Origin: Clostridia bacterium
GTDB lineage: Bacteria > Bacillota > Clostridia > TANB77 > CAG-465
Direction of reading: 5' to 3'
DNA: 64,000 nt
Assembly: GCA_029256705.1 (NCBI GenBank)
Contig: JAQSXK010000006.1
Coordinates: 3,021 to 67,020, forward strand
A program made the translations under genes and the position numbers. Positions 24,331-35,285 of the stretch are shown in pieces. The stretch's first letter is position 1. Every line of letters begins with the position of its first letter. The notes below the pieces were generated by a model. That model saw only the letters and a program-made list of their open reading frames with translations. It did not search any database and was not told where the DNA came from.

Positions 24331-24384
24331 AATTTAAAGCGGGAATAATAAAATATTTCCGCTTTATGTATATATATAACCTTT

Positions 24385-24474
24385 GGAGAGTTACCCAAGT
24401 GGTTAAGGGGGCAGTTTGCTAAACTGTTAGGCGCCTTTTGGTGTGCGAGAGTTCGAACCTCTCACTCTCCGCCA
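24385..24474 (+). tRNA. tRNA-Ser(GCT)
   Basis: GGAGAG...GCAGT-TTGCTAA-ACTGT, long variable arm, GTTCGAACC, encoded CCA. Confidence 0.97.
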
Positions 24475-24636
24475 TAAAAAACCAAAAATATTTCTATTAA
24501 TGGAACTAAAACTTACTTCTATAATATATGAAGTAAGTTTTTTGTTATATATTATTTAATAATAAAATTAACAAAACATTGATGTTTTATCAATTTTATG
24601 ATAATATATTTATATAGTTTAATAAAGGTGATGTAT

Positions 24637-25371
24637 TTGAAAAATGTTAATTTTCTAAGAGAACACTTAATTGCACATAGAGGCTTTCATAATAAAGAAA
24701 AAGGAATACCTGAAAATTCAATTGGAGCTTTTATTGAAGCAATTAAAAATAATTGTATAATAGAGCTAGATATTCATTTATTAAAGGATGGAAATATAGT
24801 TGTTTTTCATGATGATAATTTAATTAGAATGACAAATGTTAATAGAAACTTAAAAGATTGCACTTATGAAGAAATAAAAGATTTGAAATTATACGGAACT
24901 AATTATAATATTCCTTTATTTAAAGAAGTTTTAAAGTTAGTTAATAGTAAAGTTGCAATAGTAATAGAATTAAAAACAGATAAAAAGGTAGGAAAATTTG
25001 AAAAAAGACTAGTAGAGGAAATAATTGATTATACAGGAGAATATGCAGTTAAAAGCTTCGATCCTTTATCTGTTTTCTGGTTTAAAAATAATTATCCAAA
25101 TATAGTGCGAGGTCAATTATCATATAATTATTATGATACTAAATTTTGTTTTTTTCGAAAAATTATTTTAAAAGAAATGCTATTAAATATTATTACAAAA
25201 CCTGATTTTATATCTTATGGGATTAAATCTTTACCAAATAAAAGGGTTGAAAAAATTAGAAAAGAAAAGTTAATTTTAGGATGGACAATAAAAAATAATT
25301 CTGATTATGACTACGCCAAGAAGTATTGTGATAACTTTATATGTGAAAATATACAAAACTTAAATCATTAA
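24637..25371 (+). CDS. Glycerophosphodiester phosphodiesterase
   Basis: IAHRG, PENS, IELDI, VVFHD, IELK; start uncertain (24598-24637). Confidence 0.9.
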   Translation: MKNVNFLREHLIAHRGFHNKEKGIPENSIGAFIEAIKNNCIIELDIHLLKDGNIVVFHDDNLIRMTNVNRNLKDCTYEEIKDLKLYGTNYNIPLFKEVLKLVNSKVAIVIELKTDKKVGKFEKRLVEEIIDYTGEYAVKSFDPLSVFWFKNNYPNIVRGQLSYNYYDTKFCFFRKIILKEMLLNIITKPDFISYGIKSLPNKRVEKIRKEKLILGWTIKNNSDYDYAKKYCDNFICENIQNLNH

Positions 25372-25408
25372 AATTAATTATATGTAATTTAAATTAGAGA
25401 GGTTAAAA

Positions 25409-26476
25409 ATGAAAGAAAAAAAGTTAATAATTATATTTGTTATATTAGTAATTTTAGCTGCAACATTATTTTATTTATATTATGAGAAATATTTAAAGTC
25501 TAATAATTTAAATGTTAATATTGCGGATGAGCAAACCAATGTAGATAATAATATTGTTCAGGAAATAAAGGAAGAAAAGAAGTTACAAATATATACAGGT
25601 TATGATAGACCTATAGCTGTTATGATAGATAACGAACAACCAGCCTGGCCACATTCAGGATTACAAGATGCTTATATGATATATGAAATGATAATTGAAG
25701 GTGGAGAAAGTAGAATGGTAGCTTTTTTCAAAAATGTTAATACTGCTAAAATTGGTCCTATAAGAAGTGCAAGACATTATTTTGTTCATTATGCAATGGA
25801 ACATAGTGCAATATTTGCACATTTTGGATGGAGTCCTAAGGCACAGTCAACTATTGCAACAAATAATGTAAATAATATAAATGGTATATATGATAATTAC
25901 TTTTGGCGTGTTGGAGGGGGATATCATAATGCATTTTCAAGTATTAAAAAAATAAAAGAAACTGCAAGTATTAAAAAATATATTGATTCAGGGAATGATA
26001 CCCCAATATATAATTATAGTATTGATGAATATAATATTGAAGTAGGTCAAAAAATAACAGGACTTAAGATTAAATATTCGGATTTACATAATGTATCTTA
26101 CAAATATGATGAAACAGACAAAGTATTTTATAGAAGTATGCGTGGAATAGCAGATAAGGATAGAGAAACAGGGAAACAATACTATGCAAAAAACATTGTT
26201 ATAATGTACGTTAAAAATTACAACTTACCGGATATAGAAACTAAGGGAAGACAAGAACTAGAAAATTTAGGGACAGGAAATGGATATTATCTTACAAATG
26301 GTAAATATATAAATATCACATGGAAAAAGGATTCAGCAAAGTCAAGAACTTTATGGCTTGATGAAAATGGTAAAGAAATAGTTTTAAACGATGGAATTAC
26401 ATATGTACAACTTGCTCCTAGTGCATATAAAGTGAATTTTGATTTACTTGAAGAAGCACAGAGGGACATTCAATAA
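25409..26476 (+). CDS. DUF3048 (YerB-like) membrane-anchored protein
   Basis: N-terminal TM, RPIAVMIDN, PHSGL, EGGESR, GPIRSAR. Confidence 0.85.
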   Translation: MKEKKLIIIFVILVILAATLFYLYYEKYLKSNNLNVNIADEQTNVDNNIVQEIKEEKKLQIYTGYDRPIAVMIDNEQPAWPHSGLQDAYMIYEMIIEGGESRMVAFFKNVNTAKIGPIRSARHYFVHYAMEHSAIFAHFGWSPKAQSTIATNNVNNINGIYDNYFWRVGGGYHNAFSSIKKIKETASIKKYIDSGNDTPIYNYSIDEYNIEVGQKITGLKIKYSDLHNVSYKYDETDKVFYRSMRGIADKDRETGKQYYAKNIVIMYVKNYNLPDIETKGRQELENLGTGNGYYLTNGKYINITWKKDSAKSRTLWLDENGKEIVLNDGITYVQLAPSAYKVNFDLLEEAQRDIQ

Positions 26477-26536
26477 TTGTCAAACATAAATAAATGAGTT
26501 ATCTCCTGAATATATTATTTGAGAGGTGACTTTTTT

Positions 26537-27259
26537 ATGGTATCTAGTGTTTTTTTTCTTGTCTTTACCGTAAGTGTAACAACTAGCATAGTTGGGCTTT
26601 TTTTAGGAAGTGGAATTAATTCTAAAAGAAAAAATGTAGTTGCTAGCTTATATGAAATTTCTGCTGGAATGATGACAGGAATAGTATGTTTTGAAATGAT
26701 TCCGGAGGGAATAGAAGTGGCCAATATAAATTTAACACTCATTGGATGTATAATTGGAGCTCTATTCACACTTTTATTAGATATAGCAGTAAATAGATAT
26801 AAAAATAAAAAAAACAAATTAATCAATTCATCTTCATTAATAATAATTATCTCTATGTCAGTTCATAATATAGTTGAGGGAATTGCTATTGGATCTGCCC
26901 TTGTTTATTCAATGTCGCTAGGTATATCAATTCTTATATCTAATGCCCTACATGATATACCTGAAGCAATGGTTGTGGGAATAGGAATTAATAAAGAAAG
27001 AAACAATATTATAAGAAAAATCTTAAAAGCAATTATTTTAGGTATTCCAACGGCGTTGGGTGCAATTATAGGAAATATAGTAGGTAGTGTATCAAATACA
27101 TATATTGCCTTAAGTTTATCTCTTGCAGGAGGATGTATGCTTTATATAGTTGCTTGTGATTTGATTCCAAGTTCAAAAGAAATATCTAAGAGAAAAATAG
27201 TATCTCTAGTTTATATAATAGGAATATTATTTGGTTTGTACATAAGTACAGTTAAATAA
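26537..27259 (+). CDS. ZIP family metal transporter
   Basis: SAGMM, HNIVEG, LHDIPE, AGGCMLYI. Confidence 0.9.
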   Translation: MVSSVFFLVFTVSVTTSIVGLFLGSGINSKRKNVVASLYEISAGMMTGIVCFEMIPEGIEVANINLTLIGCIIGALFTLLLDIAVNRYKNKKNKLINSSSLIIIISMSVHNIVEGIAIGSALVYSMSLGISILISNALHDIPEAMVVGIGINKERNNIIRKILKAIILGIPTALGAIIGNIVGSVSNTYIALSLSLAGGCMLYIVACDLIPSSKEISKRKIVSLVYIIGILFGLYISTVK

Positions 27260-27327
27260 TTTTAAAGTATTGACAAATGTGATATAATATTATTAATAAT
27301 ATTTTTTAAAAATAGGGGGATTGTCTA

Positions 27328-27498
27328 ATGAGAATTCAAGAGAATTACAATGGTATTGTAAATAGAATTGAAAGTATATGTCCCACCAATAATAACAAAA
27401 CTAAACCAAATTTACCTGAAACTAAAAAAAGAAAAGAGAGTTTTAAGGCAAACAATTTTAAAAGTATGTTAGATGTAGAAATGAAAAAGTTAGTTTGA
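27328..27498 (+). CDS. Small hypothetical protein (56 aa)
   Basis: RBS AGGGGG + ATG; MRIQENYNGIVNRIESICP...FKSMLDVEMKKLV; followed by a perfect palindromic terminator. Not in the ORF track. Confidence 0.65.
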   Translation: MRIQENYNGIVNRIESICPTNNNKTKPNLPETKKRKESFKANNFKSMLDVEMKKLV

Positions 27499-27501
27499 AA
27501 T

Positions 27502-27535
27502 AAAACATAGTGTTGCAATTGCAACACTATGTTTT
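27502..27535 (+). terminator. Intrinsic terminator (perfect 34-bp palindrome)
   Basis: aaaacatagtgttgcaattgcaacactatgtttt. Confidence 0.75.
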
Positions 27536-27638
27536 TGTTATTTAGATAATTCTTCAAAAGGGTTTATATTTTAAGGATAACTATTGATAATTAGTACTTA
27601 TATTGGTATAATATATACAATGATAAGGAAGTGATTTT

Positions 27639-28094
27639 TTGAAAAAGATTATGTTTATATGTACAGGCAATGTTTGTAGAAGTCCGATGGCACATGCTTA
27701 TATGGAAAAAAAGATAAAAGATCTAAAAAAAGAGAATGAATACATAATATCTTCTTGTGGAACTCATGCAATAAAAAATCAAAATGCTACAAATAACGCG
27801 ATAGAGGTTATGAAAAAATATGGGGTTGATTTGAAAGAACATATGGCAACTCGTATAGAGGATTCAAATATAATTAATTTTGATTTGATTTTTGCGTTAA
27901 CAGAAATTCATAAAAAAGAAATTTTAAAAATTTATCCTTCACTTAGTGGTAAAGTATTTACTTTAAAGGAATATGTAAATAAAAATGAAAAATATATAGA
28001 TATAGATGATCCATGGGGATTAGATATTGTTGTATATGATGCAACTGCTAATGATATAGTAAGCAGTATAGATAAATTGATTGAAATGATATAA
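27639..28094 (+). CDS. Low-molecular-weight protein Arg/Tyr phosphatase (YwlE-like)
   Basis: CTGNVCRSPMA P-loop, DIDDPW; upstream of rpiB. Confidence 0.92.
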   Translation: MKKIMFICTGNVCRSPMAHAYMEKKIKDLKKENEYIISSCGTHAIKNQNATNNAIEVMKKYGVDLKEHMATRIEDSNIINFDLIFALTEIHKKEILKIYPSLSGKVFTLKEYVNKNEKYIDIDDPWGLDIVVYDATANDIVSSIDKLIEMI

Positions 28095-28106
28095 GGAAGT
28101 GAAATT

Positions 28107-28577
28107 ATGATAATAATTGGAGCAGACCACGCTGGGTTTGATTTAAAAGATTTGATAATAGAATACTTTAAAGAAAGTAATATAGAGTATCAAGACGTTA
28201 CTGATTATGATAGAAATGATAAGGATGATTACACTGATGTAGCAATTGATGTATGTAAAGGAGTTTTAAATGATAAAAATAACTTAGGGATTGCTATATG
28301 TGGAACTGGTTTGGGTATATGTATTGCTTGTAACAAAGTAAAGGGAATAATTGCCACTCCATGTTTTGATGTGTATACGGCAACAATGGCTAGGAAGCAT
28401 AATGATTCTAATATTTTATGTTTAGGAGGAAGGTTAGAATATTCTAAAAGCAGAAAAGTTATTATAGATATAATAAGAGCATATCTAGAAACTAAGTTTG
28501 ATGGAGAAAGACACTTAATAAGAGTAAATAAAATAAAACAAATGGAAGATAAATTTGGTGAGAAGTTATGCAAATAG
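28107..28577 (+). CDS. rpiB: Ribose-5-phosphate isomerase B
   Basis: GADHAG, ICGTGLG, ARKHNDSN, FDGERH. Confidence 0.93.
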   Translation: MIIIGADHAGFDLKDLIIEYFKESNIEYQDVTDYDRNDKDDYTDVAIDVCKGVLNDKNNLGIAICGTGLGICIACNKVKGIIATPCFDVYTATMARKHNDSNILCLGGRLEYSKSRKVIIDIIRAYLETKFDGERHLIRVNKIKQMEDKFGEKLCK

Positions 28578-29656
28578 TATATTTTATAATAATAATAACA
28601 TTTGTTTTATCAATAATAATAACACCATTAACAATAAAATTTGCGAACAAATTTGGATTTGTTGATGTTCCGAAGGATAGTAGAAGGGTTCATGCTAAAC
28701 CAATGCCTAGAATTGGTGGACTTGCCATTGTAATATCTATGCTTATTGGACTAGCAATATATTATTTAATAACTATGAATATACCCTCTATTACTCTAAA
28801 TAACAAGTTTTTTGGATATGTATTGGGGGCGTTGATAATATCTTCTATGGGGCTTATTGATGATGTAATTAATATGAGAGCCAGATATAAATTTATATTT
28901 CAATTATTAGCAGCAACAGTTATATATTTTTTCGGTGTTTCTATTGAAGGAATTAAAATACCATTTATATATACTAATCTTATAGATTTTGGATTTTTAT
29001 CATTTCCGATAACCTTGATTTGGGTAATTGGAATAACAAATGCGGTTAATTTAATTGATGGATTGGATGGTTTAGCTGCGGGTATATCAGCAATTTCAGC
29101 AACGGCATTACTTACTATATTTATTACTACATCTTCAAGTTTAGAGGCAATAGTAATAACTGCTGTGTTAGTTGGAGCGACACTAGGATTTTTACCTTTT
29201 AATTTTAATCCAGCAAAGACATTTATGGGCGATGTAGGATCTAATTTTCTAGGATTTACTTTAGCAACAGTTTCAATACTAGGTTTTGCAAAAGGATATA
29301 CATTAATAGCTATTATTGCACCAATACTTACTTTAGGTGTTCCTATTTTCGATACTTTATTTGCTATGATAAGAAGATTTTTAGCAGGAAAACCTATGCT
29401 GAGTCCAGATGGTGGTCATGTTCACCATAGACTACTTAAAAGAGGATTTAACCAAAGACAAGCTGTATTGATGCTTTATACAGTAACAAGTTTACTATGT
29501 ATAGTTGCTGTTACAATAATATCAGCAGATATATACAAATTAGTTTTACTTATATTTGCAACAATAACATTTGTTATACTTGGTTATGTAACAACTATAA
29601 AACATAAAAATATTAAACAATTAGATGAAAATATTGAAATTAAAAAGGATAAATAA
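28568..29656 (+). CDS. tagO: TagO/WecA-type undecaprenyl-P GlcNAc-1-P transferase
   Basis: PMPRIGG, GLIDD, NAVNLIDGLDG, FMGDVGS, HVHHRL. Confidence 0.88.
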   Translation: MQIVYFIIIITFVLSIIITPLTIKFANKFGFVDVPKDSRRVHAKPMPRIGGLAIVISMLIGLAIYYLITMNIPSITLNNKFFGYVLGALIISSMGLIDDVINMRARYKFIFQLLAATVIYFFGVSIEGIKIPFIYTNLIDFGFLSFPITLIWVIGITNAVNLIDGLDGLAAGISAISATALLTIFITTSSSLEAIVITAVLVGATLGFLPFNFNPAKTFMGDVGSNFLGFTLATVSILGFAKGYTLIAIIAPILTLGVPIFDTLFAMIRRFLAGKPMLSPDGGHVHHRLLKRGFNQRQAVLMLYTVTSLLCIVAVTIISADIYKLVLLIFATITFVILGYVTTIKHKNIKQLDENIEIKKDK

Positions 29657-29696
29657 ATATAAAATAGATATAATATAATGGAAGGGATGTATTGAA

Positions 29697-30134
29697 ATGA
29701 AGGAAATGTTATTAAATGAATTAAAAGAAGCTATGAGAGATAAAGATGAGCTTAGAAAAGACACTATTACAATGTTAAGAGCTTCAATATTACAAATAGA
29801 AAAAGATGAAAAAAAAGTACTTAATGATGATGATATTAAAATAGTTGTAGCAAAAGAAGTAAAAAAGAGAAAAGAGTCTATTCTTGAATTTGAAAAGGCG
29901 GAAAGATTAGATTTAGTAGAAGGTTTAAACAGAGAAATAGAAATTTTATCTAAATATTTGCCAGTACAATTAAGTGAAGATCAAATCAGAGAATTAGTTA
30001 AAGAGTCAATTTCTTTAACAGGATCTGTTTCATCAAAAGATATGGGTAAAGTAATGCAAGACTTAAGGTCTAAAACGAATGGGAAAGCAGATGGAAAGTT
30101 AGTTAGTGATATAGTTAAAGAATTGTTAAAATAA
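29697..30134 (+). CDS. GatB/YqeY domain protein
   Basis: LKEAMR...KKRKES...YLP...DMGKVM...ADGK. Confidence 0.92.
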   Translation: MKEMLLNELKEAMRDKDELRKDTITMLRASILQIEKDEKKVLNDDDIKIVVAKEVKKRKESILEFEKAERLDLVEGLNREIEILSKYLPVQLSEDQIRELVKESISLTGSVSSKDMGKVMQDLRSKTNGKADGKLVSDIVKELLK

Positions 30135-30145
30135 AGGAGCAATTA

Positions 30146-31411
30146 ATGGAAAAAATATATAAAGTCAATGATAGTAAATTCAAAAGCATATATTTATCAT
30201 ATAATTTTACTTTTGAAACTAATAAAGAAGATATACCTAAGAATGTTATAACAAGTTTAATACTTTCCAAGGGATCTAAAAAATATAAAACTAGTAAGGA
30301 AATAGAAAAATATTTATCTAGTTTATATGGAACAAATTTTGATATAAATATGGAGAAAATAGGAGATTTATATAATATAGAGTTTAGATTAGAATGCGTA
30401 AATAAGAAATTTTTACCTAATAATGAAGATGTATTTAAAAATGCAATTAATTTTTTAAGTGAAATTATATATAATCCTAAAATAGAAAATAATGAATTTG
30501 ATAAAATAATTTTTGAAAGAGAAAAAAGTTTTATTATTGATAAAATTAATAAGAAAAAAGACGAAAAATTAAGATATGCAGTGCTTAAAACTGAAGAAAT
30601 TTTGTGTGAAAAAGAACCTTTTGGTATTTATATTTATGGAGATATTAAAGACGCAGAGAATGTTAAAATAAGTGATATATATGACGCGTATCAAAATATA
30701 ATAAATAACTCTAATATTTCTATTATTGTATCTGGAAATTTAAGTGGATATGAGGATATAGATCAGTATCTAAAAGAAATTTTTATTAATAGATTCAATA
30801 ACGATAATGAAATAGATAAAACATTAATTAATAAGTCTGTAAAAAGAAAATTTTGTGTTGAAGATGTAAAAGAAATAAAAGAAAAAATTCAGACAAATCA
30901 AGCTGTAATAACAATTGGTTTAAGAGTAGAAGATTTAGAACAAAATGACTTTTATGCGCTTAATGTTTATAATAGCATTTTAGGGGGAACACCAAGTTCT
31001 AAGTTGTTCCAAAATGTAAGAGAAAAAGAATCATTAGCATATACAACAAAATCTAGGTACTACAGATTTAAGGGTATTTTTATCATATACGCAGGTATAG
31101 AGGAAAGTAACTATGAGCGAGCTAAAAAGGTTATACTAGACCAAATAAGCGATATGGAGAACGGAAATATATCTGAATTAGAACTTAATTCGTCAAAACA
31201 GTCATTGGTAAATGATTTACTAGAATGGAATGACTCTAAAATTTCTTTGGCTAAGTTAGCCTATACAAACGCAATAAATAATGAAAAGATAACTATAGAT
31301 GAGCTTATAACTAACATGAAGGCTGTTGAAATAGAGGATGTAGTAAGGGTTGCTAAAAAAGTAAAATTACAATTGATTTATATGCTGGGTGGTGAAGATA
31401 ATGAAAAATAA
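30146..31411 (+). CDS. M16 family protein, non-catalytic subunit (YmfF-like)
   Basis: KFKS, LGGTPSSKLFQNVREKESLAY; no HxxEH. Confidence 0.85.
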   Translation: MEKIYKVNDSKFKSIYLSYNFTFETNKEDIPKNVITSLILSKGSKKYKTSKEIEKYLSSLYGTNFDINMEKIGDLYNIEFRLECVNKKFLPNNEDVFKNAINFLSEIIYNPKIENNEFDKIIFEREKSFIIDKINKKKDEKLRYAVLKTEEILCEKEPFGIYIYGDIKDAENVKISDIYDAYQNIINNSNISIIVSGNLSGYEDIDQYLKEIFINRFNNDNEIDKTLINKSVKRKFCVEDVKEIKEKIQTNQAVITIGLRVEDLEQNDFYALNVYNSILGGTPSSKLFQNVREKESLAYTTKSRYYRFKGIFIIYAGIEESNYERAKKVILDQISDMENGNISELELNSSKQSLVNDLLEWNDSKISLAKLAYTNAINNEKITIDELITNMKAVEIEDVVRVAKKVKLQLIYMLGGEDNEK

Positions 31412-32684
31412 TATAGAGATTATTAACAATGATAATTTGAATGAATCTATTTATAAAAAAGTACTTGAAAATGGATTAGAAGTATACATTTGTGTAAAAA
31501 AAGGATTTACTAAAAAAATAGGAATGTTTGGAACTAAATATGGATCTATAAATAATGATTTTGTTGATTCTTCAACTGGTGAAAGAATCAATGTTCCAGA
31601 CGGAGTAGCACATTTTTTAGAACATAAATTATTTGAACAAGAAGGTGCTAATGCATTAGATTTGTTTTCAAAGGAGGGTATATCTTCAAATGCGTATACA
31701 TCTTTTGATCAAACAGTATATTATTTTGAAACAATTGATAAGTTTAAAATCGGTTTAGAGATGCTAATTAAGTTAGTTAAAACGCCATATTTTACTGAAG
31801 AGAATGTTCAAAAAGAACAAGGTATAATAGGTCAAGAAATTTCAATGTATGATGATGACCCGAACTTTAATGTTTATTTTAATACTCTTAGAGCAATGTA
31901 TATTAAACATCCAATAAGAATAGACATTGCAGGAACAATTGATAGTATATCAAAGATAGATAAAGAAATCTTATATAAATGTTATAATACATTTTATAAT
32001 TCTAATAATATGTTTATTGTAATTGTTGGAGATGTTGATGTAGAAAATACTATTGATATAATAAATGAAAACATTAAATTATATGAAAATGTTAACAATA
32101 AAGATAAAGTAATTAAATTTGGAGTAGATGAACCAAAAAATATATTACAAAAGAGAATAGAAAAAGATATGGGATTATATATGCCTCAAGTTTCTATAGG
32201 TTATAAATTAGAACCAGCTCAAAAGAATGATAGAATAAAAATTGAAATAATCGCAGATATAGTTTCGGATATGTATTTTTCTAAAAGTTCCAATTTTTTT
32301 GAAATTGAATATAATAAAGGTGCAGCAAATGATACTATAGATTTTTCATATGAGGGAAATAAGGATTTTGCACATATCATAATTTCTACAACATCTATAA
32401 ATGTTAATGAAATTGAAAAGGATATTTTTGAATATATTGAAAAGATTAAAAGTGAAGAAATTGATACAGAACTATTTGAAAATACAAAAAGAAGAAAAAT
32501 TGGTGAAAATATGGTAGCATCCGAAAATTTAAATAGTTCTTATAGGAGAATTATTGACAGTATATTGAATGAAAATACAATATACTATGATATTGAAGTA
32601 TTAAGTAATATAAGAATAGAGGATATAAAGGATTTTTTGAAAACATTAGAATTATCAAAATCAGTTATTTCAATAGTAAAATAG
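31401..32684 (+). CDS. M16 family zinc protein (YmfH-like)
   Basis: GVAHFLEHKLF, NAYTS, KEQGIIGQEI. Confidence 0.9.
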   Translation: MKNNIEIINNDNLNESIYKKVLENGLEVYICVKKGFTKKIGMFGTKYGSINNDFVDSSTGERINVPDGVAHFLEHKLFEQEGANALDLFSKEGISSNAYTSFDQTVYYFETIDKFKIGLEMLIKLVKTPYFTEENVQKEQGIIGQEISMYDDDPNFNVYFNTLRAMYIKHPIRIDIAGTIDSISKIDKEILYKCYNTFYNSNNMFIVIVGDVDVENTIDIINENIKLYENVNNKDKVIKFGVDEPKNILQKRIEKDMGLYMPQVSIGYKLEPAQKNDRIKIEIIADIVSDMYFSKSSNFFEIEYNKGAANDTIDFSYEGNKDFAHIIISTTSINVNEIEKDIFEYIEKIKSEEIDTELFENTKRRKIGENMVASENLNSSYRRIIDSILNENTIYYDIEVLSNIRIEDIKDFLKTLELSKSVISIVK

Positions 32685-32796
32685 GTTTAACAAAACACAT
32701 ATACATTTTAATATATATGTGTTTTGTTTTTATTTTAAATATATATAAGTAATAATTTTAAACCTTATTAATAAAATGTAATAGGTGATTTTGATT

Positions 32797-34290
32797 ATGA
32801 AAAAATTAACAGACGATTTAGGTAATCCAATATTTAATGATGATTTTTCTTTGTCTACAGGTATACCAGGTATAACAGTGATAGAGGATACATATATGAT
32901 GAATAAACTTGCACATTTCAATAGAGAAAGAATACCTGAAAGAGTTGTTCATGCAAAAGGTTCTGGGGCTTTTGGATGCTTCGAAGTTACAAATGATTTG
33001 AGTAAATATACGTGCGCAAAATTTTTGTCTAAAGTAGGTAAAAAAACAGAAATGTTAGCAAGATTTTCGACTGTTGGTGGTGAAAAAGGTTCATCAGATA
33101 CCGCGAGAGATCCAAGAGGATTTGCCCTTAAATTTTATACTGAAGATGGTAATTATGATTTAGTAGGGAATAACACACCAGTTTTTTTTATAAGAGATGC
33201 TATAAAATTTCCAGATTTTATCCATTCCCAAAAAAAAGATCCTAAGAGCGGACTAACTAATTATAATATGTTTTGGGATTTCCTTTCACTTACGCCAGAA
33301 TCTATGCATCAGGTTATAATACTTTTTTCAGATAGGGGTATACCAAAAGGTTTTAGACATATGCATGGATTTGGAACTAACACATTTATGTGGTATAATG
33401 AAAAAAATGAGTATTGTTGGATTAAATATCACTTCAAGACTGAACAAGGTATAGATAATTTTAATCAAGAAGAAGCGAATATTTTGAACGGAATAGATCC
33501 AGATAGTTCAAGGCATGATTTATATGATAGTATAAAATCTGGTAACTATCCATCATGGAAAGTATATGTGCAAATAATGAGTGTTGAAGAATCGAAAAAA
33601 TATAAATTTGACCCTTTTGATCCAACAAAAGTATGGTATCATAAAGATTATCCACTTATTCCACTTGGTAGAATGGTATTAGATAAGAATCCACAAAATT
33701 TTTTTACAGATATAGAGCAAGCTGCATTTTCCCCATCACATTTTGTTAGAGGTATTGGTCCGTCGCCAGATAAATTATTACAAGGAAGACTTATGGCATA
33801 TCCTGATGCACATAGACATAGAATAGGAACAAATTCTAATGAGCTTAGTGTAAATAAAGCTAAAAATATGGTTACAACATATCAAAAAGATGGAAATATG
33901 GCGGATGATTCACAAGGAAATACAAGACTTAATTATTTTCCAAATAGTTATGAAGATGTTTATACTGATCAAAAATATAAAACACCTAACTTTGATATTT
34001 CTGGTTTTATTCAAAGACATACTTATCCATCATCAGATATAGACTTTGAGCAACCTGGTGAATTATATAGAAGGGTAATGAGTGATAAACAAAAAGAAGT
34101 TTTAATAAATAATATATGTAATAGTTTGAAACTTGCAGATCTTAAATTACAATATAGAATGACTGCATTATTTTACAAAACAGATGTGAATCTAGGAACT
34201 AGAATATCAGATATATTATCACTAAATGTAGATAATATAAGGGCATTAGCATCAATGACACAGGAGCAAAGAGTTATAAATACAAAATGA
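32797..34290 (+). CDS. katA: Monofunctional heme catalase
   Basis: FNRERIPERVVHAKG, RDPRGFA, VGNNTP, QGRLMAYPDAHR. Confidence 0.95.
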   Translation: MKKLTDDLGNPIFNDDFSLSTGIPGITVIEDTYMMNKLAHFNRERIPERVVHAKGSGAFGCFEVTNDLSKYTCAKFLSKVGKKTEMLARFSTVGGEKGSSDTARDPRGFALKFYTEDGNYDLVGNNTPVFFIRDAIKFPDFIHSQKKDPKSGLTNYNMFWDFLSLTPESMHQVIILFSDRGIPKGFRHMHGFGTNTFMWYNEKNEYCWIKYHFKTEQGIDNFNQEEANILNGIDPDSSRHDLYDSIKSGNYPSWKVYVQIMSVEESKKYKFDPFDPTKVWYHKDYPLIPLGRMVLDKNPQNFFTDIEQAAFSPSHFVRGIGPSPDKLLQGRLMAYPDAHRHRIGTNSNELSVNKAKNMVTTYQKDGNMADDSQGNTRLNYFPNSYEDVYTDQKYKTPNFDISGFIQRHTYPSSDIDFEQPGELYRRVMSDKQKEVLINNICNSLKLADLKLQYRMTALFYKTDVNLGTRISDILSLNVDNIRALASMTQEQRVINTK

Positions 34291-34439
34291 TATAAGTAAA
34301 GAATGTCTATAAGTTTATATAGCATTCTTTTTTTAAAAATTACATTAAATTTTTATTATTTGATTGATAAACAATAGTATATATGGTAAAATTTATTTAT
34401 TCGTTAAATTAAAATTATTGAAAGGAAATAAATGATTTT

Positions 34440-34793
34440 ATGAAGTATATAATAATAACAATTTGTTTTATAGTATCATATTGTGGATTTGGTGCAATAA
34501 ATTTTTATCAGGCAAAAAATGTAGAGCCTTCAATTAGAAATTTGATACTATATAATTTATGCATAATACCTATAACTTTTATAATGAATTTAATAGTAAC
34601 ATTTACTTTTAATAAGGGATATAAGGCAGTGGGAGAAATGCTTCCAATAACAATAATTTATTTAGCAGTTGGAGTTTTTTCTTATGTAATTGTAAATTAC
34701 ATTTTCTTTAAAGAAATTCCTAAATTAAATCAATTAATTGCTATTGTATTAGTCTTTATAGCATTGATACTTTGTAATATAAAGGGTAAATAA
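34440..34793 (+). CDS. Small 4-TM membrane protein (DMT/SMR-like)
   Basis: Four hydrophobic segments; YIFFKE...QLIAIVL resembles the DMT C-terminus. Confidence 0.55.
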   Translation: MKYIIITICFIVSYCGFGAINFYQAKNVEPSIRNLILYNLCIIPITFIMNLIVTFTFNKGYKAVGEMLPITIIYLAVGVFSYVIVNYIFFKEIPKLNQLIAIVLVFIALILCNIKGK

Positions 34794-34826
34794 AAACAGT
34801 AGTATATACTACTGTTTTTTTCACTA

Positions 34827-35276
34827 TTACTTTAAAAGTTTGTTTAATTCTTTTTTAAATTCGTTTATATCTTTAAATTGTCTATATACTGATGCAAATC
34901 TTACATAAGCAATTTCATCAATTTCCCTTAATTTTTGGATAACAATGTCACCTATTTTAGAAGCTTCAATTTCTTTTTCCATAGAATTATTTAATTCCAT
35001 TTCGATTTCATCAACAGTTCTTTCTATAACATTTAATGGGACTGGTCTCTTTTCACACGCTCTAAGCATACCATTTATTATTTTGTTTCTGTCAAATTGC
35101 TGCCTTATACCATTTTTCTTTATTACAACTATAGGTGTATATTCAATTTTTTCATAAGTAGTAAATCTATTTCCACATCCTAAACACTCACGTCTTCTTC
35201 TGGTTGAATTTCCATCTTCTACAGTTCTAGAATCTACAACTTTGCTCTCTTCGTTTCCACACTTTAAACATTTCAT
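34827..35276 (-). CDS. nrdR: Transcriptional repressor NrdR
   Basis: MKCLKC...VVDSR...[12 protein letters not shown] cone, AYVRFASVY. Confidence 0.98.
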   Translation of the reverse strand: MKCLKCGNEESKVVDSRTVEDGNSTRRRRECLGCGNRFTTYEKIEYTPIVVIKKNGIRQQFDRNKIINGMLRACEKRPVPLNVIERTVDEIEMELNNSMEKEIEASKIGDIVIQKLREIDEIAYVRFASVYRQFKDINEFKKELNKLLK

Positions 35277-35285
35277 AAAAACACC

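Noticed and set aside
26455..26500. AGG codon near the end of the DUF3048 gene as a second +1 frameshift site
   Set aside because: The domain is already complete, and the +1 frame adds only a short non-conserved tail.
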